A stretch of DNA of 64,000 nucleotides, taken from Daphnia carinata. Taxonomy: Eukaryota. The notes under the pieces were generated by a model. The model was not told the origin of the DNA. It made no database searches and saw only the letters and a list, made by a program, of their open reading frames with translations. Within the stretch, counting starts at the first letter, position 1. Each line of letters starts with the position of its first letter. Positions 33,714 to 44,429 of the stretch are shown in pieces. The position numbers were made by a program, and so were the translations under genes. The stretch lies in NCBI RefSeq assembly GCF_022539665.2, contig NC_081331.1, positions 3,658,001 through 3,722,000 of the forward strand, in the 5' to 3' direction.

Positions 33714-35705
33714 TAAGTATGATTCACTTTAGATGGTCATTAGTATTTTCCTTCGACCCCCCTATTCTTGTTTTTTCTTTTCCTACACGAGAAGGCCATT
33801 CTCATTTCTCGGATGACTCGTATTCTCTATACATTTGATTATTAGATCGTCATGTCCTTCCATCCACCAACTCAATTCTGGTAGACATTGAATAGTGTAT
33901 AGCTACCCAAATTGAACAAATCGTTTACAGAACAGAAAATGATCCAGAACAGTCGATTCGCAGGTACCGTCCCTTTCCCGTTCCCCACCTCCCTCCCCTA
34001 ATAGGAAGAATAGCCCTCCTTTTTTGACGGACCAATTTTTCTCGTTCTCTTAAAAAAAGAAGAAGAATTTACATCTCGCCCTTTGCAGGAATATCATTTG
34101 CGTATTATCGTCGGTCTTTGATGTGTTGTTGAACGCACCGGAATCCGCAGACAAACGCCTGTTGATTTTTTTTATCAACACGCGTCGCAACAATTGCTGC
34201 TTTCCCACCCAGTGCGGTTCTACCTACTTGTCTCTGTATAAGTTATACAGTATACATATTTCCGAAACGGATTCAATGGCGTCGTCGTTTTTAGCCCTCC
34301 ACTCTCCCCTTTTCCCCGCAAAGCCACAAGTGACCTTTTGAAAACACGAAAAGTAGAAGAATTACCATTACGTTTCTAGGAATCCTTCGTTGTCATTCAA
34401 ATTCATCAACACTTTAACATTAAGGGACTTTCTGAGAAGAACATTAACGACACGCAGATCAATTTGTCACAGAGAATAGGGAAATCAGAAACAATTTGTA
34501 GTTCTCAGAGTATTTAAAGCCTGGCGCGCCAACATGTCACTGTACCACCAAATGTTTTTTCGTTTTCCCGTTGGAGGTTTTTTTTTCGTACATGCACATC
34601 ATATAGGAAGTGCTGGGTGTCGTTTGTGCTCGATAGTTTGATCCCATTATTCGCCTCCGATCATCTTATCTCTTTCTCTCTACAACTGTACATAGTGTGA
34701 ATGATTTATCAGCTGTTTTAAAAGGAGTGAAAAAGAAAAACATGCTCGTTCCTCTTTGCCATTTTAAATACGTGTTGTCAGTGTAGCTTGTTGCATCATT
34801 AAATTCCGATTGCAGGAAAGAACAATCTCGCCGCCTGTTTCTGATCACACCCTGACTTCAGAATTTGAGTTTTGCATCCCCGATCAATAGCTTTTCCCTT
34901 CTTCTTCAGCTTGCCATTTTTTCTTCCGTTTTATTTCTCCGATAAGGCGATAATCGACACAAAGATTGCGTATTCGGTGCCACTCTGCCACCAACACCAC
35001 TACCACCCCCATCCATCAACTTGTCTTTCATTTGTCCTTGTTATTATTAAACAAACAAAAAAAAAAAAAGAAGCTAGATGTGCTGGAAGAACAATACAGC
35101 TGTGTTCCCTTACAAACACATTTCGTTTTATGGAAAATTCTTGCCCATATAATCAGCTAAACCACTTATTAATCGCAACACAATTGTTTCTCTATAACTG
35201 TACAACTATACCTTCCTTGCCTACACTTGCCCTATTGACTCCATGCGAACAGACTATAGAAACAATTGTGTTTCACAAGTACGGTGTTATTAGCCGCTGT
35301 CAGCAGTCCAGATTGATTTTCTTCCACCAGACTTGGGTAACTTATTAATTAAATTTTTTATTACTGATTCTTTCGATTTACGCTTTTGTTTTGTTTACTT
35401 CAGGCCCCGTCATCGGATACGCGATGCAACAGTCAACAGTGTTGCGTTGTTAACCAGTTATTCTCAGACTATCTCACCACGCCCGAATTAGTAGGCAAGG
35501 AAATTGTCTTTCTTTAACAAGAAACTACTGAAATGAAAATAATGCCTTTTTCCCAAAACAAAGAGTGAAGCATTGTTTCTTTGTTAATGATTTAGAAAAT
35601 AATTCAAATTTATTTGTTTGCAGGTTTTATGGTTTATTGGAAACGGTTAATGCCGTACAAACAGGTACAATCATATGTATGCAAAGTTTTCTGTCAAAGA
35701 AAAAT

Positions 35706-36764
35706 TCAAGATCCGATAAGGCTCGGAGGAACTTGTCTGTGGACAGGAAACGTATACCATGTATCCTTGGCGTAACACTTGTCGTAGACGGTTTCGTTAA
35801 AATCCTTGCAGATGCGACATTCGTCACCACTAGCCGTCTTGACGGAGAATGGCCTTATCATCTTCACAATCCGATCAAAAACGTAATCCAAGTTGTTCGG
35901 CAAGCCGGTCTTGTATATCGTAGTTACCAAATCATCGTGCATTTTACTTAGCTCCGTTTCCCAGAAGATTGGAACAAGGTGATTGGCTGCTGTAGGCTCG
36001 TCTGGGTATAGCTGCTCAACTAACTGATTCGACATAACGCACCTAATGTATTCGTAGCGATCGTTGCAGAACGAACAGACTGTTTCAAAAAGTGGTCTGT
36101 CAGTTAGACTGTCTCCGCACCGGTGGAAATGACCCAGCATTGCGAATTGCTCGACCGTCTTGTAAAGCAAAGTTGTCACGACTTCTAGTCGTTTATGCGA
36201 ATTTGGTGGGTACAGGTTGAACAAATCTAGCACTCTATGGTTCTCATAGAAAACAGTGCGGAAGACTTGGATCGGTGGCTCGGTTGTTGATGGCTGAATG
36301 GGGCACGTCGTTGGATGTGAGCTAGAGGGAACTTGTTCCCAACAAAATGACCTGGTAGGCCAAACTTGAGGTATGCAAGGCGGCTTCGGCTGAGGAACAC
36401 ATGCATTCGTATCTACGATGCAAGTTGACGGACAAATATCATTCAAGGGACAAATACCTGTTTTAGGAGCAGTGTTTCCTGCAACATTGGTTGAGGTAAA
36501 CCTGTCTAGTGAAGTCTGATCATTTCCGTATGCAGAATACACTATCACTCCAGTGGCCATAATTAACCCAGCATAAATAATTAAAATGAGAATCACGAAA
36601 AATCCTTTTGGTATTGGAACATCAGCCGGGTCAGCGATCATCTGCTCGACAACACTTTCATCTGAATCGTTGTCATTTTCTTTCGTCGACTGCTCTTTTT
36701 GAGGGTATTCGCCAGAGTTGACGTACGAAGCCATTTGTTCGTGAAACCAGATAGTGGTGCGCAT
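35706..36764 (-). CDS. Intronless orphan protein, predicted type II membrane protein with Cys/Pro-rich stalk (342-352 aa)
   Basis: Uninterrupted ORF of more than 1 kb (ATG at 36764 or 36734). Acidic N-terminus, one hydrophobic segment (FFVILILIIYAGLIMATGVIVYSAY), Cys/Pro/Thr-rich region, and a C-terminal domain with two CxxC. No family recognised. Confidence 0.7.
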   Translation of the reverse strand: MRTTIWFHEQMASYVNSGEYPQKEQSTKENDNDSDESVVEQMIADPADVPIPKGFFVILILIIYAGLIMATGVIVYSAYGNDQTSLDRFTSTNVAGNTAPKTGICPLNDICPSTCIVDTNACVPQPKPPCIPQVWPTRSFCWEQVPSSSHPTTCPIQPSTTEPPIQVFRTVFYENHRVLDLFNLYPPNSHKRLEVVTTLLYKTVEQFAMLGHFHRCGDSLTDRPLFETVCSFCNDRYEYIRCVMSNQLVEQLYPDEPTAANHLVPIFWETELSKMHDDLVTTIYKTGLPNNLDYVFDRIVKMIRPFSVKTASGDECRICKDFNETVYDKCYAKDTWYTFPVHRQVPPSLIGS

Positions 36765-37141
36765 GCAAAACTTTGTAAACAAAAATGTTAACCAGATGTT
36801 TGTCTATACTGATAAAATGGAACCTTCGTTTGGTACACCTATTTTCACTGTTTCTTTTTTAACAGATGAATCGCAGCGACGATTGCCTTTAAAAGACTAT
36901 TTGAAATTCATTTCGTCTTCTTTGTGCACACACATTTCACACACAATAATTGCAATTCAAATTCGATAGACACCATAGCTAGGATATTGAACCTTAGCAG
37001 CTAATATTTTAGAGTTTTAGAGACGTATATACTACCGTCTACTGACAATCTACCTTCAATATAGGTATATTACTGGAACTATGGATATTTTCCCGAAGTC
37101 AGCGTTACATTTTGGGAATAGAAATGTTATTTTCATACCAG

Positions 37142-39802
37142 CAAAGAATTTTTCTACAAATTTTGGTTGGCTCGAAAAAAAATTAGCCCGAGTTTTTCTT
37201 TATAAATTTTTTCGTAATCAATAAACAATAATATAAACGATTTAGATTCGAAATTTAACAAGGACCACGAAAATGATCTTAGTTTTTACGTATAATTTAC
37301 GGTTTTGGAGCAATCTAAAATATAAAAGTAGGTGCGCAATAACTATTATGATAGCGCTGTATTGCGCTATAACTATTTTGATTGCACATAATTTCAATAA
37401 CCTTGCTGATTACGGATAAACTAACGTGCTAGTTAGAATAAGCGTTCAATTTTGAGTCTTACGTGTGTATTTTTTTCGAATTCTGAGAGATGTTGCTTTT
37501 TGATGATTTTCGTAAAAATGAGAATGCTATTATGGCAATCCGTATGGCAATATGGCAATCCGTTTTACATAAAAAAAAAAAAAAAAAATGGCGGAAAAAA
37601 AATAAAAAATCGCACTTTTTTCTTTTTTTCCGACACGTAGCCATCTACCGCTCAGACTCATTACTGGCGTAGGCAATTTCAGTCCATTGGATGCCATTCG
37701 CAGTTAGTTCAGTAGCGTGGATGGAGAATAACGCGTGGCTGGAGGAACAATTGAAAAATGGATAAGATAATACAACAAAAGGATGGTAAGTATAAACATT
37801 ATTATATTGGTTTCAATTATTAATTATTGTTTATTAGATCAAATTATGGACCTGCAGGCTCAATTATTGCAACAGCACAAAATATTAGATAACAGCAAAG
37901 CTAAGGATGGTAAGGCCTAATACATAATGATTCTATTTATTTGCTTTTATTCATTTGTGTTTTGTAGCTCAAAGTTTGAGTCTACAAGCTCAGCTAGGGG
38001 AAAAGAACAAATTGGAACGGAACAGTTTCCAAACAGTGAAGGAGGTTTTTCCAAACTCAAACCTAACTGAACGTGAGGATGAATTGGCATTAGGCGAACA
38101 CAGTCAGGTACCTAAACTTTTCAAATAAGAATTCAAAATAAGTATAGAATTTTAACAAACAATTATTTATTGTTTAGTTATTCAGTCTACCACCTGACAG
38201 TGTGTTAAATTTAAATTCTGTTAGTGCTGCACAAAAAGAATCGTTAGTAATAAGCCCATGCAGTGAAGGAAGTGAACAATTGTGGGACCGTATTTGGGCC
38301 GAAAATGGGTGTGGTACGGAAACCAAGATATGGCACAAGTTCAACATGAAACATGGATTAGGTACTTTTCGGTTTTATGTCTATTGAAAAAGTATTTTTA
38401 ATGCTATTATTTTGCATTCACAGAATTTAATGGGGGATCAAATCAAGTCTGGAAGTGTTATAGGATGGAAGAGTCAGCCTACAGATGAAAAAACACTGAG
38501 AGTGCATTACCATTAAGGTATGAGGTAAAGTAATAGAGTATGCACATTGTCTAATGAGAAGTACCATCTTGTGTTAATAAATCCAGTACAACAGCAATCC
38601 TTTATAGTTCTGTCACAGCTAGAAACCTCAAATAATTCTGCTTCTCTGTCTAAAGAACAACTTGTCCTTTACGTTCAGAGTGTTGGGGAAACTGGGTACT
38701 TAAATGGCCCTAAAGATGTTTTAATTTTGCTGCCATTGCAGAGATGAACATCATACATGGACTCTTTAGGTATGAAAGGATTTTTCTTCAAATAATTTTT
38801 AATTCATGACGAAGAATTTCTCCTTTTTGCCAACCAGGTATAATCTACCAAAAAAAATTTTATCCAATAGGAAAGGATTTTCATGTACTGGGAACACAAC
38901 TATCAACAATGCAACATTGTACAGGTGCTAGTTTATCATTCAAGAGCCTTATACAATGATGTTAATCTGCAATTTGTATGTCCTTCCCCAAGCTTCCACC
39001 AGAAGTTGAATCTATGAGTCATGTAAGTTACATGATCAACAGTTGATATGTTTAACGGTGTTGTTTTTCTTTTCTCAATATAGGTTAATAGTAACATTGG
39101 ATCTGAAAAAATTCTTGGTTGGGGCAAGACACTGAATAAATTGTATTGATTGGATGGATGACATGACATTTCTATACTTAATTCGGATTCCCCAGACGGT
39201 ATTTGATATTAAAAAAATTGAAGTGCATATCTGGGCTCCCTTCTTTTCTGAAGCCCCGTTTCCCCTTGACTCGTAATAAGCCCGTAGGGGGTCATGCCCC
39301 TACTGTACGGTATATATAAAAACAACATATACCGAGGTTTGGAGGGCTCTGGCCGGAAAGGGGACGTGGGGTGCCGCTTAGTCCGATGATGTGTTCACGG
39401 AGGGCGATGTGGCTACCCACAAATCCGAACTAAAGGTTAATCGCTCCTGTAAAAATGTTCCAAATCTTCAGCTCTTCTTCCGGCTTCTCTTAGCCAATCA
39501 CCGGGTAATCTCCCCGGTGGGTCAACAAGGCAGTGTCTCCCCCTGCCTGGGTTGACGGCAACTTTTGAAAGGGCTATTGTGCCAATTTTTTTAAAGTTGC
39601 AAAAATAATTGTAATGTGCAGAGAATTGTCAATAAAATTTTTTTTATAAAATATTTTTTGCAAAATTCATTTATTTCATTGTCTGTGTTAGCTGTGTTCA
39701 CACATTACATTTATCAACTTTTTTTATTTTGCTTTGCTTTATTTGTTTTTGTCACCTTTGATGGTAAGCATTGTTTCCATTGGTTTATCGTTTATCTGTA
39801 AG
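37142..39802 (+). repeat. Left arm of large inverted repeat (palindrome)
   Basis: Reverse complement of 40332-42984. Identical ORFs appear mirrored in the track (38202+/41929-, 38547+/41584-, 39169-/40962+). Confidence 0.98.
37758..38488 (+). CDS. Spliced coiled-coil ORF (162 aa) in left palindrome arm; may be a decaying gene
   Basis: Exons 37758-37785, 37838-37909, 37968-38107, 38178-38361 and 38424-38488 are joined by four GT-AG introns of 52-70 nt and stay in frame: MDKIIQQKDDQIMDLQAQLLQQHKILDNSKAKDAQSLSLQAQLGEKNKLE...LWDRIWAENGCGTETKIWHKFNMKHGLEFNGGSNQVWKCYRMEESAYR*. Confidence 0.55.
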
Positions 39803-39809
39803 CATTCTA

Positions 39810-39880
39810 TTATTATCCAGGGAACGAACCCTGGATGTTCGGCATACCGCGCCGATGCTCTACCAGTGAGCCATGAATCA
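39810..39880 (-). pseudogene. tRNA-like / tRNA-derived unit 1 (A box, anticodon arm, B box)
   Basis: Minus strand reads TGGCTCACTGGTAGAGCA-TCGGC GCGGTAT GCCGA-ACAT-CCAGGG TTCGTT CCCTGG. D arm, perfect 5-bp anticodon stem (GGT at centre) and T arm are present; the acceptor stem does not pair. Confidence 0.75.
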
Positions 39881-39997
39881 TATGATGTCAACTTGGCTTT
39901 TTTTCTAGTCACTTGTGGACTTGCATTTACACTTAGAATAAAACTAAAATGCAATTTTGCATTTTCTCTTCTTCATTTATTCTACTTCATTTTTACA

Positions 39998-40067
39998 CAT
40001 CTACTGAGGTTTGAACCCATGGTAACAGGTATCGCAGCTAAAGGCTCTACCACAGAGCTATGAACCT
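39998..40067 (-). pseudogene. tRNA-like unit 2 (A and B boxes kept, stems decayed)
   Basis: Minus strand TAGCTCTGTGGTAGAGC ... GGGTTCAAACC with tRNA-like spacing. Confidence 0.65.
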
Positions 40068-40163
40068 TATGAAAGCAATAGAAAGATAAATATATAGTTG
40101 TGAAAGACTGCATAAACATCCTAGACGATAACATATGATATGCGATGATAAAAAATTTAGATA

Positions 40164-40235
40164 TATCTCGTGGCTCAATGTTAGAGCATCGGCGTTGCAC
40201 GCTGAATGTCTGGGGATCAATTCCCATACGAGTAA
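40164..40235 (+). pseudogene. tRNA-like unit 3 (Ala/TGC-like anticodon loop)
   Basis: TGGCTCAATGTTAGAGCA-TCGGC GTTGCAC GCTGA-ATGTC-TGGGGATCAATTCCCA; partial acceptor pairing CTCG/CGAG; clearly related to unit 1. Confidence 0.7.
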
Positions 40236-40547
40236 AACAAAATACAAATTCAAAAAATATCCAGATATTACACGTTGTTCCTTGAATCTAAGTTGAAGAA
40301 TTCAAAGAGTGTAATAAATTATAACTGAATACTTACAGATAAACGATAAACCAATGGAAACAATGCTTACCATCAAAGGTGACAAAAACAAATAAAGCAA
40401 AGCAAAATAAAAAAAAGTTGATAAATGTAATGTGTGAACACAGCTAACACAGACAATGAAATAAATGAATTTTGCAAAAAATATTTTATAAAAAAAATTT
40501 TATTGACAATTCTCTGCACATTACAATTATTTTTGCAACTTTAAAAA

Positions 40548-40899
40548 GGCACAATAGCCCTTTCAAAAGTTGCCGTCAACCCAGGCAGGGGGAGACACTG
40601 CCTTGTTGACCCACCGGGGAGATTACCCGGTGATTGGCTAAGAGAAGCCGGAAGAAGAGCTGAAGATTTGGAACATTTTTACAGGAGCGATTAACCTTTA
40701 GTTCGGATTTGTGGGTAGCCACATCGCCCTCCGTGAACACATCATCGGACTAAGCGGCACCCCACGTCCCCTTTCCGGCCAGAGCCCTCCAAACCTCGGT
40801 ATATGTTGTTTTTATATATACCGTACAGTAGGGGCATGACCCCCTACGGGCTTATTACGAGTCAAGGGGAAACGGGGCTTCAGAAAAGAAGGGAGCCCA
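40548..40899 (+). other. GC-rich multi-hairpin module (mirror copy at ~39232-39583)
   Basis: Consecutive stems: GTCAAC..AGGCAG/CTGCCT..GTTGAC; CACCGGG/CCCGGTG; TTGGCT/AGCCGG; TTAGTTC/GGACTAA enclosing TGTGG/CCACA; CGGTATATG/TATATACCG; GTAGGGG/CCCCTAC; GGGCTTC/GGAGCCC. Flanks are sharply AT-rich. Confidence 0.7.
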
Positions 40900-41642
40900 G
40901 ATATGCACTTCAATTTTTTTAATATCAAATACCGTCTGGGGAATCCGAATTAAGTATAGAAATGTCATGTCATCCATCCAATCAATACAATTTATTCAGT
41001 GTCTTGCCCCAACCAAGAATTTTTTCAGATCCAATGTTACTATTAACCTATATTGAGAAAAGAAAAACAACACCGTTAAACATATCAACTGTTGATCATG
41101 TAACTTACATGACTCATAGATTCAACTTCTGGTGGAAGCTTGGGGAAGGACATACAAATTGCAGATTAACATCATTGTATAAGGCTCTTGAATGATAAAC
41201 TAGCACCTGTACAATGTTGCATTGTTGATAGTTGTGTTCCCAGTACATGAAAATCCTTTCCTATTGGATAAAATTTTTTTTGGTAGATTAGACCTGGTTG
41301 GCAAAAAGGAGAAATTCTTCGTCATGAATTAAAAATTATTTGAAGAAAAATCCTTTCATACCTAAAGAGTCCATGTATGATGTTCATCTCTGCAATGGCA
41401 GCAAAATTAAAACATCTTTAGGGCCATTTAAGTACCCAGTTTCCCCAACACTCTGAACGTAAAGGACAAGTTGTTCTTTAGACAGAGAAGCAGAATTATT
41501 TGAGGTTTCTAGCTGTGACAGAACTATAAAGGATTGCTGTTGTACTGGATTTATTAACACAAGATGGTACTTCTCATTAGACAATGTGCATACTCTATTA
41601 CTTTACCTCATACCTTAATGGTAATGCACTCTCAGTGTTTTT

Positions 41643-42373
41643 TCATCTGTAGGCTGACTCTTCCATCCTATAACACTTCCAGACTTGATTTGATCCCCCA
41701 TTAAATTCTGTGAATGCAAAATAATAGCATTAAAAATACTTTTTCAATAGACATAAAACCGAAAAGTACCTAATCCATGTTTCATGTTGAACTTGTGCCA
41801 TATCTTGGTTTCCGTACCACACCCATTTTCGGCCCAAATACGGTCCCACAATTGTTCACTTCCTTCACTGCATGGGCTTATTACTAACGATTCTTTTTGT
41901 GCAGCACTAACAGAATTTAAATTTAACACACTGTCAGGTGGTAGACTGAATAACTAAACAATAAATAATTGTTTGTTAAAATTCTATACTTATTTTGAAT
42001 TCTTATTTGAAAAGTTTAGGTACCTGACTGTGTTCGCCTAATGCCAATTCATCCTCACGTTCAGTTAGGTTTGAGTTTGGAAAAACCTCCTTCACTGTTT
42101 GGAAACTGTTCCGTTCCAATTTGTTCTTTTCCCCTAGCTGAGCTTGTAGACTCAAACTTTGAGCTACAAAACACAAATGAATAAAAGCAAATAAATAGAA
42201 TCATTATGTATTAGGCCTTACCATCCTTAGCTTTGCTGTTATCTAATATTTTGTGCTGTTGCAATAATTGAGCCTGCAGGTCCATAATTTGATCTAATAA
42301 ACAATAATTAATAATTGAAACCAATATAATAATGTTTATACTTACCATCCTTTTGTTGTATTATCTTATCCAT
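41643..42373 (-). CDS. Mirror copy of the spliced coiled-coil ORF in right palindrome arm
   Basis: Reverse complement of 37758-38488; ATG at 42373. Confidence 0.55.
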
Positions 42374-42599
42374 TTTTCAATTGTTCCTCCAGCCACGCGT
42401 TATTCTCCATCCACGCTACTGAACTAACTGCGAATGGCATCCAATGGACTGAAATTGCCTACGCCAGTAATGAGTCTGAGCGGTAGATGGCTACGTGTCG
42501 GAAAAAAAGAAAAAAGTGCGATTTTTTATTTTTTTTCCGCCATTTTTTTTTTTTTTTTTATGTAAAACGGATTGCCATATTGCCATACGGATTGCCATA

Positions 42600-43750
42600 A
42601 TAGCATTCTCATTTTTACGAAAATCATCAAAAAGCAACATCTCTCAGAATTCGAAAAAAATACACACGTAAGACTCAAAATTGAACGCTTATTCTAACTA
42701 GCACGTTAGTTTATCCGTAATCAGCAAGGTTATTGAAATTATGTGCAATCAAAATAGTTATAGCGCAATACAGCGCTATCATAATAGTTATTGCGCACCT
42801 ACTTTTATATTTTAGATTGCTCCAAAACCGTAAATTATACGTAAAAAGTAAGATCATTTTCGTAGTCCTTGTTAAATTTTGAATCTAAATCGTTTATATT
42901 ATTGTTTATTGATTACGAAAAAATTTATAAAGAAAAACTCGGGCTAATTTTTTTTCGGGCCAAAATTTGTAGAAAAATTCTTTGTTGCTATTAAAAAATA
43001 ATATCATTAAATCTAGATAACTATATATGATTCTGATTCAAAATTGAACAAGGAACAGGCAAATGAAATTTGTTTTTACGTGGAGTTTATGGTTTTTGAA
43101 TAATCAAAGAAGTTTGATGTGTCACGCTAGCGCTGTAACGTACTGGCGCGCTAGTAATGGTTTCGATTCGCACCTAATGTTATATTACTCAAAAACTATA
43201 AACTCTACGTAAAAAGAAATTCCATTTTCGTTTTCTTGGCTTAATTTTAAATCAAAATCATTATAGTTATCTAGATTTAATGCTATAATTTTTTAATAGG
43301 AAAAAATTTGAAGCCCGACAAAATAAGCCCGACTTTTTTCTTTTAAATTTTTTTGTAACCGATAAATAATAATATTCACGATTTAGATTCAACATTTAAC
43401 AAGGATCAAGAAAATGAGCTTAGTTTTTACGTAGAATTTACGGTTGTTGAACAATCTAAAGCATAAAAGTATCTGCGCAATAACTACTATGATAGCGCTG
43501 TATTCGAAAACTTCATAGGTAACAGGAAAACTAACGTACCATTTAGAATCAGCGTACGATTTTGAAGTGTTTTTTTTATTGATTTCTAAGAGATGTCGAT
43601 TTTTGATTATTTTCGTCAAAATGAGAAGGCCTTCCCACTTTTACAAATTTTCCCGAATTCAATGTTGCATTTTGAGTATGGAAGTGTTATTTACATCCCA
43701 GCAAAGAATTTTTCTACAAATTTTGGACAAAAAAAATTTAAACCCGAAAA
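42600..43750. mobile_element. Diverged foldback-like inverted repeat made of modular AT-rich subrepeats, centred near 43145
   Basis: 42988-43104 pairs imperfectly with 43185-43299. 43300-43627 is a diverged direct copy of ~37170-37525, so it is inverted relative to ~42605-42960. 43645-43727 matches ~37088-37166. Confidence 0.65.
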
Positions 43751-44429
43751 AATAAACCTACATTTTCTTTACAAATTTTGCTTTACTACTACTAAATTAC
43801 GACTTTTGGCCAAAAAAAAATGAAAAATTGGGAGGGCTAACTAACCCTTATATTTTTGTAAAAATCCACATAAAAATTATGTCTCTTGGAAATTTGATTA
43901 AAATTACATACCATACTGGAAATTGAAGGCAAATTTCTTGTAACATATTCCTTTTCTCGTTAAATCAGTCATTAAGGAATATTACGAATAATTTTGAAGT
44001 ATCACGCTAGTGTTGAATTAGCGCGCCATCCCAGTAAACCTGTAACGTTTCGAATCAGTTTGATATTAAGAAGATATATTCGAAATAACACCAGACGATG
44101 AGGCCTTGGGAAGTCCTTGCCATCTGCTGTTTTTCTTCTAACGTTTCATTCGTGTACGTACACTTCGGTATGATTGAATACGACCTATTCCTCCGCAAAA
44201 CACTTGACGAATGAAGGGAACACCGAAAATGGAAACGTAGTCGTAATGATTACTTGCCTAGTTTTCTTTTGGTTGGTTCACTTTTCCTGTTTAAGTGCTT
44301 AAACAGGAAGTCCCCAGTGTGCAGGGCCTTTCTAGTAGCTCATATCAAAATGAATAAAATATAGAAATTGAGGACTAAAATATGGGTGATGCATATGCTA
44401 TTAATTGACCAGATCCGTAGTGTAATCAA

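Larger units (their letters stand above)
40332..42984 (-). repeat. Right arm of large inverted repeat (palindrome)
   Basis: Nearly identical to the left arm. Differences seen: a substitution at 38840, a 4-nt indel near 39584, homopolymer lengths, and several substitutions in the outer ~150 bp. Confidence 0.98.

Noticed and set aside
39376..39432. Hammerhead-like core (CCGATGA-TGTG/CACG-GAG) in the hairpin module
   Set aside because: The core deviates from CUGANGA...GAAA at essential positions, no convincing stems I/III with a UH cleavage site were found, and it lies on the strand disfavoured by G-U pairing.
39304..39584. Solo LTR (TG...CA) reading of the GC-rich module
   Set aside because: No target-site duplication, the terminal CA is absent in the mirror copy, and the hairpins extend beyond the putative 5' end.
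39810..40235. Functional tRNA genes
   Set aside because: Acceptor stems fail to pair fully and T loops are non-canonical, so they are treated as tRNA-derived units.
37142..42984. Autonomous DNA transposon, Polinton or Penelope element
   Set aside because: No transposase, integrase, DNA polymerase, reverse transcriptase or GIY-YIG coding sequence was seen, and no TSD at the arm ends.
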